Assembly (NCBI GenBank): GCA_040755455.1
Contig: JBFMAY010000001.1
Coordinates: forward strand, 192,001 to 256,000
Direction of reading: 5' to 3'
From: Thermodesulfobacteriota bacterium
GTDB taxonomy: Bacteria; Desulfobacterota; Desulfobulbia; Desulfobulbales; SURF-16
Length of the DNA: 64,000 nt
The position numbers and the translations under genes are program-made. Shown piece after piece: positions 29,415-38,844 of the stretch. How positions within the stretch are numbered: position 1 is the stretch's first letter; each line of letters opens with the position of its first letter. Under the pieces are notes generated by a model. It saw nothing but the letters and a program-made list of their open reading frames with translations. It made no database searches and was not told the origin of the DNA.

Positions 29415-31919
29415 TTAGATTCGTTTGTATTTCATCTTCAACGATGACTTGAATAACCGCCCTGTTCTCCATAAGTTCGGCGTATCCGAAGAACGTTCGA
29501 AGATGCCTATGCCAAGCATTTGGTCGAGGCAACGACGTGCGATTCCTCGCTCAAGTCCGGCACGTGTAGATAGGTATGTTTCCATCTCCTCCACATTAAA
29601 AGGGGTTATCTTCCCGGTAAACGCATTGATCCAGTCGGAAAGCTTGGCCCGGTTAGCCTCCGGACTGTCCATTTTGAAGTCAAGAAGGTGTTGCAGTTCC
29701 TGCAGAATTTGATCCATGTAGTCTTGTGACGCCTGTTCGTGCGCTTTGATAATCATCTGTTGATCCAGGCGCCCATCGACCAGGGAACCCAAACCCTTTT
29801 GCTCACCGCTCTCATTCAATGTACTCAAAAAACTGATTACCACACGGGGATAATAGGAAGCCCCTTGGCTGGAACTGTCGGCAAAATGCAGGCGAAGGAA
29901 GGTCGAGGTTAGAATATTGAACCGCCTGAGTTTGTACGGAAAAATTTGCAGGATCAACCGTTCGCCCTCTTGATCCGTCACCTCGCCAGCGCGGATGAGT
30001 TCCATCAACCCTTCGATCTCGGAGACAGTTTCAGGGAAAGATTTTCTGAAGAAACCGAGAAGAGGCAAACGCGACAAAAGGAAATTAAGAATTTTTTGAT
30101 AGTCCCAAAAGAGATAGATTGTCCGGTCAGCTACCTGCTGCTCTAAATTCTGGACACTGCGACTCGCCAGATCGGTGCGAAGAAAAAGTTTTACCTCAAC
30201 CTTCCCACTAAACCGGTCATCGGATTGGAGTGCGAGCAGAAACAAAAAAAGACTTTCAACAAACCTGTAAACCTCAGAAACTACAAAAGCGGTTTCAATG
30301 CCGTCAAGTAGGAAAATTCTCTTGCCATTTTTCGGCAATGCCTCCATCACCTTTTGTCTCAGGGTGATGGGGTCCAACCTGTCTTCAAGAATTTTCGCCA
30401 GGCGGGGGTGAATGACGTTCCGTTCGGTGCTGGACCCTTGCAGGGCGGCAAGCAGAATTGCCCACCACAATCCCTCGGGTTCGTCTTGAAAGAAATCTCG
30501 AGCATGCAAGAATTCTTGCGCGACGGTCTTTATGCCACCTGGAGTGTCGCTGCTTGCATCCACGAGAAGTGGTTCCCCTAACTGTTCGAGAGCGAGTTGT
30601 TTAGCTAATCTGGTTTTGCCCGTCCCTTTTCGACCCAATATGTAGCGGATCGAATTGTTGGGTTGGCGAAGCTTTGTGAGCGCCTCTGTCTGGATCAAAT
30701 CCCCCTGGTCAAGCGAGCCACTGCTGCTGAGCTTCCTTTTCACTGGCAAGGAGATTTCAAACAATCTGGTCAGTTCGCTTAATGCCGCTTTCGTTCCCGA
30801 GCCGAGATCATGATGATCGGGCAAGGTTATGGTGCGAAATGCTTGGTCATAAGGCCAGAGGAGCCAGCGATCTTCAACGGCTGAAGAATCAGCAGGAAAA
30901 TCCTCTTGCGCTTCGGGCTGGATTGATCGGGCAATGGTTTCTCCCATCAACTGGAGAAGATCGTTTCGCTGGCGTACCGTGCGTCTGCGAAAACCATCCT
31001 CAGTTTCCTCGTCAGGTTTGAATGTAATAATAACTCCCGGATTCTCAGGATTAGCCTCTAAAACTTCGCGGATGACTTCTTCCGCACCTCGCCACTGTTC
31101 ATCCAGTTTTGTAAAGATGGCTGCAGGGCCGGGGAGCAATTTCATCCAGGTCAATGTTGTCATTGCCATCCCCGAGCGATGATCAACCAGAATCACATCA
31201 AATCGCTGTTCAATGGCCCACCTTCTGATCCTCTCAATCCCCTCCGCCAGGATTCCAGGCATAAGACTGGTTTGCAGCGCAAACGCTGCAAAGTCAAGGT
31301 AGTAGGCGGATTCGCGTGGCCGACAGGCGATCAGGCGAACTTCACCTCCATCACGCCCCTGCAACAAGGCGGGTATGGCGATGATGCCCTGAGCTTTCCG
31401 AGCAATGCCAAGAAGGGTAGAGTTTAGACCGTTCGGTGTCACGCCAAACAGGACATCCAGCGATGGCGCCTCGATGTCAGCATCAAGGACGAGGACCTTC
31501 ACGCCCTCATGCGCCAGTTTTTGCGCCAAACAGGCCAGCACGGATGAACGGCCCTGTCCTCCTTTGTAGCCAAAGAAATGCACCACCCGTATGGCGGAAA
31601 GCCCCATAGTCTCAATCAGATCCGTTGTGGGCTTTTCCGGAAATGCCGCCCTTAACCAGTGTTGACCACGATTCTCCAGAGGATGTAGAGCGGCTTCGGC
31701 TGGTGTCATCCACTGCAGGGTGAATAGACAGTCAGCAGCTGTCTTTCGCACCTCCGCCATTGATAATTTCATTTTGCCACAGGCAATAAGTTCTCTCTCA
31801 TCATCTTCCTTTCCCTCGAAATCGGATGAGATGCAGCGAACATATACATAGGGAAAACGAAAGGCATGGTCTATCTCTCCAACAGCTTTCAGTTTTTCCA
31901 GTAGCCGCTTACCTGTCAT
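29415..31919 (-). CDS. ParA/MinD-variant (KGGxGR) ATPase fused to a second P-loop NTPase with wHTH-like tail
   Basis: FFGYKGGQGRSS, VLDADIEAPSL and ILVDHRSG; second module YILGRKGTGKT, IFLLDGIE, KLFLRTDL; C-terminal LDQMLGIGIFER..WRTGRLFK. Confidence 0.8.
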   Translation of the reverse strand: MTGKRLLEKLKAVGEIDHAFRFPYVYVRCISSDFEGKEDDERELIACGKMKLSMAEVRKTAADCLFTLQWMTPAEAALHPLENRGQHWLRAAFPEKPTTDLIETMGLSAIRVVHFFGYKGGQGRSSVLACLAQKLAHEGVKVLVLDADIEAPSLDVLFGVTPNGLNSTLLGIARKAQGIIAIPALLQGRDGGEVRLIACRPRESAYYLDFAAFALQTSLMPGILAEGIERIRRWAIEQRFDVILVDHRSGMAMTTLTWMKLLPGPAAIFTKLDEQWRGAEEVIREVLEANPENPGVIITFKPDEETEDGFRRRTVRQRNDLLQLMGETIARSIQPEAQEDFPADSSAVEDRWLLWPYDQAFRTITLPDHHDLGSGTKAALSELTRLFEISLPVKRKLSSSGSLDQGDLIQTEALTKLRQPNNSIRYILGRKGTGKTRLAKQLALEQLGEPLLVDASSDTPGGIKTVAQEFLHARDFFQDEPEGLWWAILLAALQGSSTERNVIHPRLAKILEDRLDPITLRQKVMEALPKNGKRIFLLDGIETAFVVSEVYRFVESLFLFLLALQSDDRFSGKVEVKLFLRTDLASRSVQNLEQQVADRTIYLFWDYQKILNFLLSRLPLLGFFRKSFPETVSEIEGLMELIRAGEVTDQEGERLILQIFPYKLRRFNILTSTFLRLHFADSSSQGASYYPRVVISFLSTLNESGEQKGLGSLVDGRLDQQMIIKAHEQASQDYMDQILQELQHLLDFKMDSPEANRAKLSDWINAFTGKITPFNVEEMETYLSTRAGLERGIARRCLDQMLGIGIFERSSDTPNLWRTGRLFKSSLKMKYKRI

Positions 31920-32320
31920 ATAGCCACCCCTTTCGCACGAAGTTGAACAATAATGTCTTCAACTACCTTGACCAAGTTCAGGAGATTCGCGTCGGTCGTA
32001 CCTCCTGTGTGGTCGTTCTCGTGTTGTGTATAGCGTAATTCCGGGTATTTGTGGGGACGAACAGTTGCTGTGTTTCCTGAGGTATCCGTACACGGGATGG
32101 CCGAAAGCTCAGCCCTGAGCTGGGCTCCTAAGGCAGTAAGGCCGGGGTCACCTAAATCACCAAGCAATCCTGGTACATCATGGCCTTTGGGCCAGCCGGC
32201 CGAATGATGATGATCTTTGAGGGCAAGTTCAGTCGCCACAAGTTGCCCGTAGGCCGCCAGCAAGGGCTGGTCGGAGTGTCTGGCGGACAAAAAAGCTCTT
32301 CGATTCATCGTATGTGGCAT
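31916..32320 (-). CDS. Small HEPN-like protein
   Basis: AAYG..ATELALK, GHDV..LL and ELRYTQH in the order typical of HEPN domains; ATGA overlap with the downstream ATPase; start ATG 32320 (or GTG 32344). Confidence 0.6.
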   Translation of the reverse strand: MPHTMNRRAFLSARHSDQPLLAAYGQLVATELALKDHHHSAGWPKGHDVPGLLGDLGDPGLTALGAQLRAELSAIPCTDTSGNTATVRPHKYPELRYTQHENDHTGGTTDANLLNLVKVVEDIIVQLRAKGVAI

Positions 32321-32531
32321 ATCGCTAACCCGACTGGTTTGCACGTTATCATATCATTCTATCGGCAACGGAGAAAAAGTTGTCGTTCAAATGAACTTCA
32401 TTAATATATCTAGCTTGACATGACAATAGTAATAATCTAATCGGTTTTGTCGTGGTAGCTGAAACAAATAATTTCGCATAACGAAAAAAATGTTGTGGCA
32501 GAAATATGACCGCTGCAATTCCATTCCCAAG

Positions 32532-33908
32532 CTACCACGCATAAACCAGCTCCAGGCCGAGCTGGTCGTTAGCGGCGTACCGGCCGAAGAGCGAGGGAGG
32601 CGGGCCGTCGAGCACGAGGCCGGTGAGGCTCGTTTTCCAGGCGTCATTGATGACATACGTGAGGGAGGCTCTGAGCATGCCGGCGCCATGTTCGGGGTTG
32701 TAGACCGGATTGACGGTGGTTTCCAGTTTCTGGTTCAGGAAGTAAATCCGGAGATTGACCCACAGGATGGTTTCGCAGGCGCGGTCGTAGAGGGTGCCGG
32801 GCCGGTGGATGATGAGGGTCTGCTGGGCCTGCAGGGTGAGGATGACGTCCTCGACGAGGCGGTAGTCGGCCGCCAGGCCGTAGTCCAGGGTGTCCCTGGT
32901 AAGCTCAATATCCGGCAGTTCGGTGACGCCGGCGGCGGGATGGGCCGGATAGCCCCACAGCTCCGGCCGCGGGTTGAAGCCCCGGTTGCAGGTGGCTGCC
33001 GCCTCGCCGCGCAGGCTCCAGTCTCCCAGCACGAGGGCACCGTCCAGGCCGAGGGAGGTGATGCGGTGAAAGGAGGGGATGAGCCCCGGATCAATGATTT
33101 TGCCGCTGCCTGTCTCAGCCACCCGCAGGGCCGTTGTTGCGAAGACCGGGCGCGGATCAAAACCGTGAAAGAGATTGATGGCCCAGTCGATGTCGCCCAA
33201 CCGCTGCAGGCGCAGGCCCAGGGAGCCATTGGCAATGGTCCTGGCCGGCAGCTCCGGCTCCCCCATGATTAGCTCCGCGCCGGGCGAGTCTGGGAACAGC
33301 GCCTTTGCCGACACCACGGCCCACCGTTCATCCGGGTCTGCCAGACGGTAGGGCACCTGCCACGGCGCCCAGACCAGCTGGTAATTCCACTCCTCCCTGT
33401 TGAGGCCGGCGGAGATGGCGGGCACGCCGATCTTGCGCTCTTCCAGGGGGTTGACGATGAACTGCCGGTAATCCCAGGGGTTGAACAGATCGTTCACCGG
33501 GAACTCGTCCAGCCGGCCCCAGGAAAAACGCTGGATGCCGACCCGCCAGTCGATGTCGGCAAGCGTTCGCTCACCAAACAGCTCCTTGACCTCCAGATAC
33601 GGGGTGTTGTCCTGATACACCTCATCCGGATTTTTGAGCAAATCGTGGTCCTGCCGGGGGCCGCGCACCGTGCCGTCCCAACCCCCTTCCAGCCAGAGAT
33701 GCAGCCTTCCCGCCGCTTTCTCCGCGTCAACCATCAGCCTGCCAACGAAACTTGGCTCCTCGCGGGTGCTGTCCCGATTCGTGGCATATGGGACCGTGAG
33801 CTTCAGCCGGCCGGCCGCGCTGATCCCCTCGGCGCCGCACAGGGGCGGGGCCGGGCCGAGGGCCATGAGGAACAGCAGCGAAAGATATTTTGCAACTATC
33901 CGGATCAT
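32532..33908 (-). CDS. Outer-membrane beta-barrel protein (DUF1302-like)
   Basis: Signal peptide; WRVGIQRFSWGRLD..VNDLFNP; amphipathic strands; C-terminal GLELVYAW barrel signal. Confidence 0.72.
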   Translation of the reverse strand: MIRIVAKYLSLLFLMALGPAPPLCGAEGISAAGRLKLTVPYATNRDSTREEPSFVGRLMVDAEKAAGRLHLWLEGGWDGTVRGPRQDHDLLKNPDEVYQDNTPYLEVKELFGERTLADIDWRVGIQRFSWGRLDEFPVNDLFNPWDYRQFIVNPLEERKIGVPAISAGLNREEWNYQLVWAPWQVPYRLADPDERWAVVSAKALFPDSPGAELIMGEPELPARTIANGSLGLRLQRLGDIDWAINLFHGFDPRPVFATTALRVAETGSGKIIDPGLIPSFHRITSLGLDGALVLGDWSLRGEAAATCNRGFNPRPELWGYPAHPAAGVTELPDIELTRDTLDYGLAADYRLVEDVILTLQAQQTLIIHRPGTLYDRACETILWVNLRIYFLNQKLETTVNPVYNPEHGAGMLRASLTYVINDAWKTSLTGLVLDGPPPSLFGRYAANDQLGLELVYAW

Positions 33909-33972
33909 GTGAAAAACGGCGGAAGTCTCTGGCCGCGATCATTACAGACGGTCGAATAGTTACGACATTTTC

Positions 33973-34776
33973 TCATTTTCCCGCCCGTTCAAGGGAGCGC
34001 TGGGTAAAGAGGTCGTCGTCGAAGCGGGTATGATAGCGGATCTCTTCGATGGTCAGTCCGGTCCGGTGGCCGGTTTTGACGTTTTCCATCATGGCCTTAA
34101 ACGGCGTGGGGATGTCGTCGATGATCCGCACGTCGGAAAAGGTCCCCTGGCGGTAGAGCTGTTTGTCCTGATAGTATTCGATCTTGACATGCACCCACTG
34201 ATCCTTGGCCACCCAGGCCACGTAGCGGCTCCATTTGCGGCGGACCTTGGGCTCCACCTCGATCACCTGGCAGGCCATGCCGTCCACCGTCTCCTCGCGG
34301 AGAATGGTGAAGCGGTAATCGTCGAGATTGGGCGGACCGCCGAAATCATCGTAGGAAAAGTCGGTGCCGAAGAAGGAATCATCCTGGGAGCTGGTGGGGA
34401 TGCGCCGGATGCGTTTGAATTCCGGGAAGTAGGCCCACAGGTCCCGGTCCGCGAAGCTGCGGGCGTGGACGAGAAAGCCCACATCCTTCAGATCCGGCGG
34501 GGTCTGGAAAACCACCAGCACCTTGTAGGTTTCTCCTTCGCCCTTCTTGCTGTATTCGATCAGGGTGCGGGTGCGGGTGCCGCCGCCCCGGTCAAAGAGG
34601 GTCATGGTGGCCCGGGTCTGCCGGTCAAGGGCTTTTGTCCGCACCTCGTGCACCTTTTCATACACCTCCCGGCCGGTCATGGCCTGGGCCGCCGGCGTAT
34701 TGCCAAACAGAATCATCGCGGCCATGAACCAGGTACAAATCCGCCATCCGCAATCCCAAATCCGCAATCTACTCAT
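33973..34776 (-). CDS. LolA-like outer-membrane lipoprotein-sorting protein
   Basis: F..PPDLKDVGFL, LWAYFPEFKRIRRI, SFFGTDFSYDD, LFTQRSL. Confidence 0.85.
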   Translation of the reverse strand: MSRLRIWDCGWRICTWFMAAMILFGNTPAAQAMTGREVYEKVHEVRTKALDRQTRATMTLFDRGGGTRTRTLIEYSKKGEGETYKVLVVFQTPPDLKDVGFLVHARSFADRDLWAYFPEFKRIRRIPTSSQDDSFFGTDFSYDDFGGPPNLDDYRFTILREETVDGMACQVIEVEPKVRRKWSRYVAWVAKDQWVHVKIEYYQDKQLYRQGTFSDVRIIDDIPTPFKAMMENVKTGHRTGLTIEEIRYHTRFDDDLFTQRSLERAGK

Positions 34777-37357
34777 AGGTCAGCGCCTCCACGATATTGG
34801 TTGCCGCGGCCCGTTGCGCTGGATAAAGGCCGGCCATGGCCGACAGCCCGGCGGCCAGCAGCATGGCCCAGGCCATGGCCCCATAATGCAGGTGATAGGT
34901 TATGCTGGCGCCGAAATCAAGCCGGAAGACGCCTTCGAGCTCGATCCAGCCGATCAGCACGCCGGTGGCGATTCCCAGGGCACCGCCCGCCGCGCCGATG
35001 AGGATTGATTCGATGATCACCACCGCCGACACCTGGTTTTTCTGCATGCCGATCCCGCGCAGGATGCCGATCTCCCGGGTCCGCTCCAGCACCGAGGCGA
35101 GCAGGGTGATGATAATGCCCAGGCCCGCGATGATGAGGGTGAGGATGTTCACCGCGTTGGTCAGCACAAAGGAGCGGTCCAGCATCTTCTGCACCTCGAC
35201 CTTAAACTCTGCGGCCGGCAGGGCGAAGAGCCGGCGCTCGCCGCCGAAGCGGGCCAGGATCGCCTCGCGTGCCGCGGCAATGTCCCGGCCCGGCTGCACC
35301 AGCACTTCAAAGGTGTCGACCAGCTGGTCCTGCCAATGGCGGCGGTAGGTGGTGACGTCCATCCAGATGGCGCCAGAATCCGAGGTGTAGCTGACGACAA
35401 TGGCGGTCACCCCGAAGGGCACCGGCCCGGCCGGGGTGGGCAGCACAATGGTGTCGCCGGGTTTGATGGCGTGCTTGACGGCAAAACCTTCGTTCACCAC
35501 GATATTGTCCCGGCCCGGCAGGCGGAGCATGTCCTCCCGGCTGCCCTGGGTGATCATGGCCGGGCAGTATTCCAGCCGCCGCGCCACATCAAAGATTTCC
35601 AGCAGCACCTTTTTGCCCTCATAGTTCAGGTATCCTTTGCGGAACGGCTCAACCGAGAGGACGCCGGCCACCTTTTCCATCTCCTGCTGCATGTCGCCCG
35701 GCATGGGGATGGTGGGGGAGCCGCCCGTGGCCAGGGGATGGCCGGTGCTGACCAGGATATCGGCCCGGATGATGGAATCGATCCAGTCAAACATCGACCG
35801 CCGCACGCTGCTGATGGCGTTGGCCGAGCTGACAAAGAGGGCGATACTGCAGAGAATGGCGGCCACGGCCACCCCGTTTCTGGAGACGTTTTTCTGCAGA
35901 TTGAGCCCGGCCAGCCTCCCCTGAGCCCCGAAACAGGCGGCAAGCGCTCCGTGACACAGGGGCACGATGCGGCGCAGGAGCAGCGGCGTGCAGAGCGAGA
36001 TGCCGAGCAGCAGGAAAATGGCGGACGCCATGATGACGCCGAGGCTGCGCACGGCTGAGGCGGGTTCCGCGCTTTCAAAGACGGCGAAGATCACAACGGC
36101 CGCCAGCAGGCTGAGAGCGGAGGCGATTTTAATTTTTCTGCCGAGCAGGGAGCTCTCTGCCGAATAGGGCAGGCTGCGAATGGCCGAGGCCGGGGTGAGA
36201 CGGGTGCCGGCCAGGGCCGGCAGGATTGCTGCGGTCAGACTGGCCAGCACGCCGGTGGCCCCATTGCCGAGCACGGCCCGCCAGGAAAAGGCGAGCTCGG
36301 TGACCGAGGTTCGGAGGTACATGTCCGAGACGCTCTGGGCCACCAGGTCCACGGTGGCGCGGGCGAAGATGTAGCCAAGGCCCGCGCCGAGGAGCGAGGC
36401 GACAGCGGCGATGAGCAGGGTTTCCGTCAGGAAGAGACGAAATATTTCCGCCCGGCTGGCACCGAGGGCCCGCAGGATGCCGATTTCCTTGCGCCGCTGC
36501 ACCACGGTGATGGAGACCGTGTTGTAAATGAGATACATGCCGACAAAGAGCGCCATGCAGCTGATGAAGCCCATGCTCTTGCGAAAGCGGCTGAGCAGGA
36601 CCTCGACCTGTCTGGTGCGGGCCGCCGGGGTGTCGATGCTGTAGCCTGCGGGCAGCACCTGGCGGATGCGCTCCTGCATGGTGTCAAAATTTTCACCGGG
36701 CAGCAGGCTGACATCGATGCGGTCGATGCGACCCTCCTTGCCGAAGGCCATCTGGGCCGCATAGATATCCATCACCGCAATGTCGCCGCCCGCCACCCTG
36801 GCCGGGCCTGCCGGGTTAAGCAGCCCGCGCACCTGAAAGGTCCTGAGGCCGGCCACGGTCTGCATCTCGATCTGCTGATCGATATCGATTCCTTCTTGGG
36901 CCGCCATGGTTCGGGTGAGCAGGATGGAGTCGCGCCGGGCGAGAAAGAGCAGGGGATCGGGGATGTCGGCGCTCTCGTCGGTGATGCTGTAATCGCGGAT
37001 CTGGTGGTCCTGCAGCACGTCGATGCCGAGGATCATCAGCGCCCGCTGCCGGCCGCCGGAGAGGCTGGCGGTGGCCTCGATGACCGGCACGGCATACTCA
37101 ACTCCGGCCACGTTCTGCACCCGTTCGAGCATGGCTTCGGGAAAGCCGGATTCCGCGCCGGTGATCTGCAGAGTGGCCCGGCCGGTGATGTGGTTGATCG
37201 AATCCTCAAACGAGCAGAGCACGCTGCGGTTGGCCAGATCGATGGCCACCATGGCCGCCACCCCCAGGCAGATGCCGGCCATGGCCATGACGAGCTGCGC
37301 CTTCTGCAGTCTGACATGTTTCAGGCTGACGTGGCGCAGGAGATTGGCAAGGTTCAT
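34769..37357 (-). CDS. ABC transporter permease, double FtsX/MacB-type
   Basis: GICLGVA; VVQRRKEIGILRALGA and LERTREIGILRGIG (two FtsX domains); large periplasmic loops. Confidence 0.9.
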   Translation of the reverse strand: MNLANLLRHVSLKHVRLQKAQLVMAMAGICLGVAAMVAIDLANRSVLCSFEDSINHITGRATLQITGAESGFPEAMLERVQNVAGVEYAVPVIEATASLSGGRQRALMILGIDVLQDHQIRDYSITDESADIPDPLLFLARRDSILLTRTMAAQEGIDIDQQIEMQTVAGLRTFQVRGLLNPAGPARVAGGDIAVMDIYAAQMAFGKEGRIDRIDVSLLPGENFDTMQERIRQVLPAGYSIDTPAARTRQVEVLLSRFRKSMGFISCMALFVGMYLIYNTVSITVVQRRKEIGILRALGASRAEIFRLFLTETLLIAAVASLLGAGLGYIFARATVDLVAQSVSDMYLRTSVTELAFSWRAVLGNGATGVLASLTAAILPALAGTRLTPASAIRSLPYSAESSLLGRKIKIASALSLLAAVVIFAVFESAEPASAVRSLGVIMASAIFLLLGISLCTPLLLRRIVPLCHGALAACFGAQGRLAGLNLQKNVSRNGVAVAAILCSIALFVSSANAISSVRRSMFDWIDSIIRADILVSTGHPLATGGSPTIPMPGDMQQEMEKVAGVLSVEPFRKGYLNYEGKKVLLEIFDVARRLEYCPAMITQGSREDMLRLPGRDNIVVNEGFAVKHAIKPGDTIVLPTPAGPVPFGVTAIVVSYTSDSGAIWMDVTTYRRHWQDQLVDTFEVLVQPGRDIAAAREAILARFGGERRLFALPAAEFKVEVQKMLDRSFVLTNAVNILTLIIAGLGIIITLLASVLERTREIGILRGIGMQKNQVSAVVIIESILIGAAGGALGIATGVLIGWIELEGVFRLDFGASITYHLHYGAMAWAMLLAAGLSAMAGLYPAQRAAATNIVEALTYE

Positions 37358-38043
37358 GGGTTGTCGCCTCCGATGACGATGTCCTGGTCCGGCGCGCCGT
37401 CTTTTAAGGTGATGATGCGGCTGCCGTAGGCCGCGGCCTTGGGGTCATGGGTCACCATGACGATGGTCTGGCCCTGGTCATTGAGGGATTTCAGCAGCAG
37501 GAAGATCTCCTCGCTGGTATGGGAATCGAGATTGCCGGTGGGCTCGTCGGCCAGAATCACGGCCGGACCCGTGATCAGGGCCCGGGCAATGGCCACCCGC
37601 TGCATCTCGCCACCGGAAAGCTGTTCCGGCCGGTGCTCGGCCCGTTCCTTGAGCCCGACCTTGTCCAGCAGGGCCGCAGCCCTTGGTTTGACCTCACTGA
37701 AGGGCAGGCCGTCGAGCAGCAGCGGCAGGCCAACGTTCTCCTCGGCGGTGAGCAGCGGCAGCAGGTTGAAGAACTGGAAGATGTATCCGACCCGCCGTCT
37801 GCGAATCAGGGTGAGCTCGTTGTCCGTGATGCCGTGCAGCGGGCGGGAGTCGATAAAGACCTCGCCGCTGGTGGGCTGGTCGAGGCCGCCCATGAGGTTC
37901 AGCAGGGTGCTCTTGCCCGAGCCGCTCGGCCCCATGATGCTTAAGAATTCCCCCTTGTTGATGACAAAGGAAACATCCCGCAGGGCCCGGACCTCCCGGC
38001 TGCCCTGCTGGTATGTCTTGCCGGCATTCCGTAATTCGATCAT
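37354..38043 (-). CDS. ABC transporter ATP-binding protein (LolD/MacB-like)
   Basis: [40 protein letters not shown]. Confidence 0.95.
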   Translation of the reverse strand: MIELRNAGKTYQQGSREVRALRDVSFVINKGEFLSIMGPSGSGKSTLLNLMGGLDQPTSGEVFIDSRPLHGITDNELTLIRRRRVGYIFQFFNLLPLLTAEENVGLPLLLDGLPFSEVKPRAAALLDKVGLKERAEHRPEQLSGGEMQRVAIARALITGPAVILADEPTGNLDSHTSEEIFLLLKSLNDQGQTIVMVTHDPKAAAYGSRIITLKDGAPDQDIVIGGDNP

Positions 38044-38076
38044 GATATACCTCGCTTCTGTTGGGCGGCTGGGCCG

Positions 38077-38625
38077 CTATTTTTCTTGAACGATTGCCGC
38101 CTTGATCTTTGCCTCGCAGAGCGTGAGCCACCGGATGTCCGCCTCGGCGTGGAAGAGGCCCGCGTCAATGAGCAGTTCGCTGACCAGGGCGCCGTTGCCG
38201 GCCCCTCCGTTTTTCATGGCCAGCTTGCGTTGGGTGAGACGGTTCATCTGTTTCAGGTGCAGGGTTTTCTGCTTGTCGATCAGGGCCAGCACCGGGGCAG
38301 GATCGCTTTTGACCATGAAGACGAGCTTGATGAAGAACTCATCGCGCAGGGCCCGGATTCTGGTGACCGGCGTGGCCAGCCACTGGGTCAGTTCCTGCCT
38401 GCCCTCCGGGGTGATGCGGAAGATCTTCCGGTCCGGCCGCTTCTCCTGAGCCTCGCGGTCATGGGTGACAAATCCGTCCTTTTCCAGCCGGTCCAGGGTG
38501 GAATAGATCTGGCCGTAATTCAGGCTCCAGAACTCGCCGACCTTTTCGTCAAAGCTGCTTTTGAGGTCGTAGCCGTGCAGGTTGCCCTCGGCCAGGATGC
38601 CGAGGATGGCATATTTAATGGACAT
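38077..38625 (-). CDS. PadR-family transcriptional regulator (AphA-like C-terminus)
   Basis: [19 protein letters not shown]...[43 protein letters not shown]. Confidence 0.9.
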   Translation of the reverse strand: MSIKYAILGILAEGNLHGYDLKSSFDEKVGEFWSLNYGQIYSTLDRLEKDGFVTHDREAQEKRPDRKIFRITPEGRQELTQWLATPVTRIRALRDEFFIKLVFMVKSDPAPVLALIDKQKTLHLKQMNRLTQRKLAMKNGGAGNGALVSELLIDAGLFHAEADIRWLTLCEAKIKAAIVQEK

Positions 38626-38643
38626 GGTTGTAATCCTTTGCGA

Positions 38644-38661
38644 ATATATAAAAGTATATAT
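38644..38661. promoter_or_regulatory. AT-rich inverted repeat, candidate PadR autoregulatory operator
   Basis: ATATATA-AAAG-TATATAT about 20 bp upstream of the padR start. Confidence 0.35.
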
Positions 38662-38844
38662 ACAAAAAGGAATAGGGGGTGTCAACAGGAGATCTTCTGC
38701 TCATGCCGCCCGCCGGTCTTTCCGGTTGCCGCTCCGCCGCTGATCTGTTATAGGAAAAAATTACTTCGCGCAGTCCGGCGCCGCCGGAACGTTTTCCATA
38801 AACCCATGCCCCGCAAACGGGGTCAATCCCGCTATTTTCAGCCC

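Noticed and set aside
29323..32329. Minus-strand GTTAGCG just before the HEPN-like start and GTTAGGC after the ATPase, suggesting the module is an integron cassette
   Set aside because: No matching R'' box or attC-like hairpin between 29330 and 29415; 7-mers of this kind occur by chance
38086..38805. N-terminal extension making the GT9 ORF 600 aa
   Set aside because: Antisense to padR; GT9 homology starts at HILIVK (38845)
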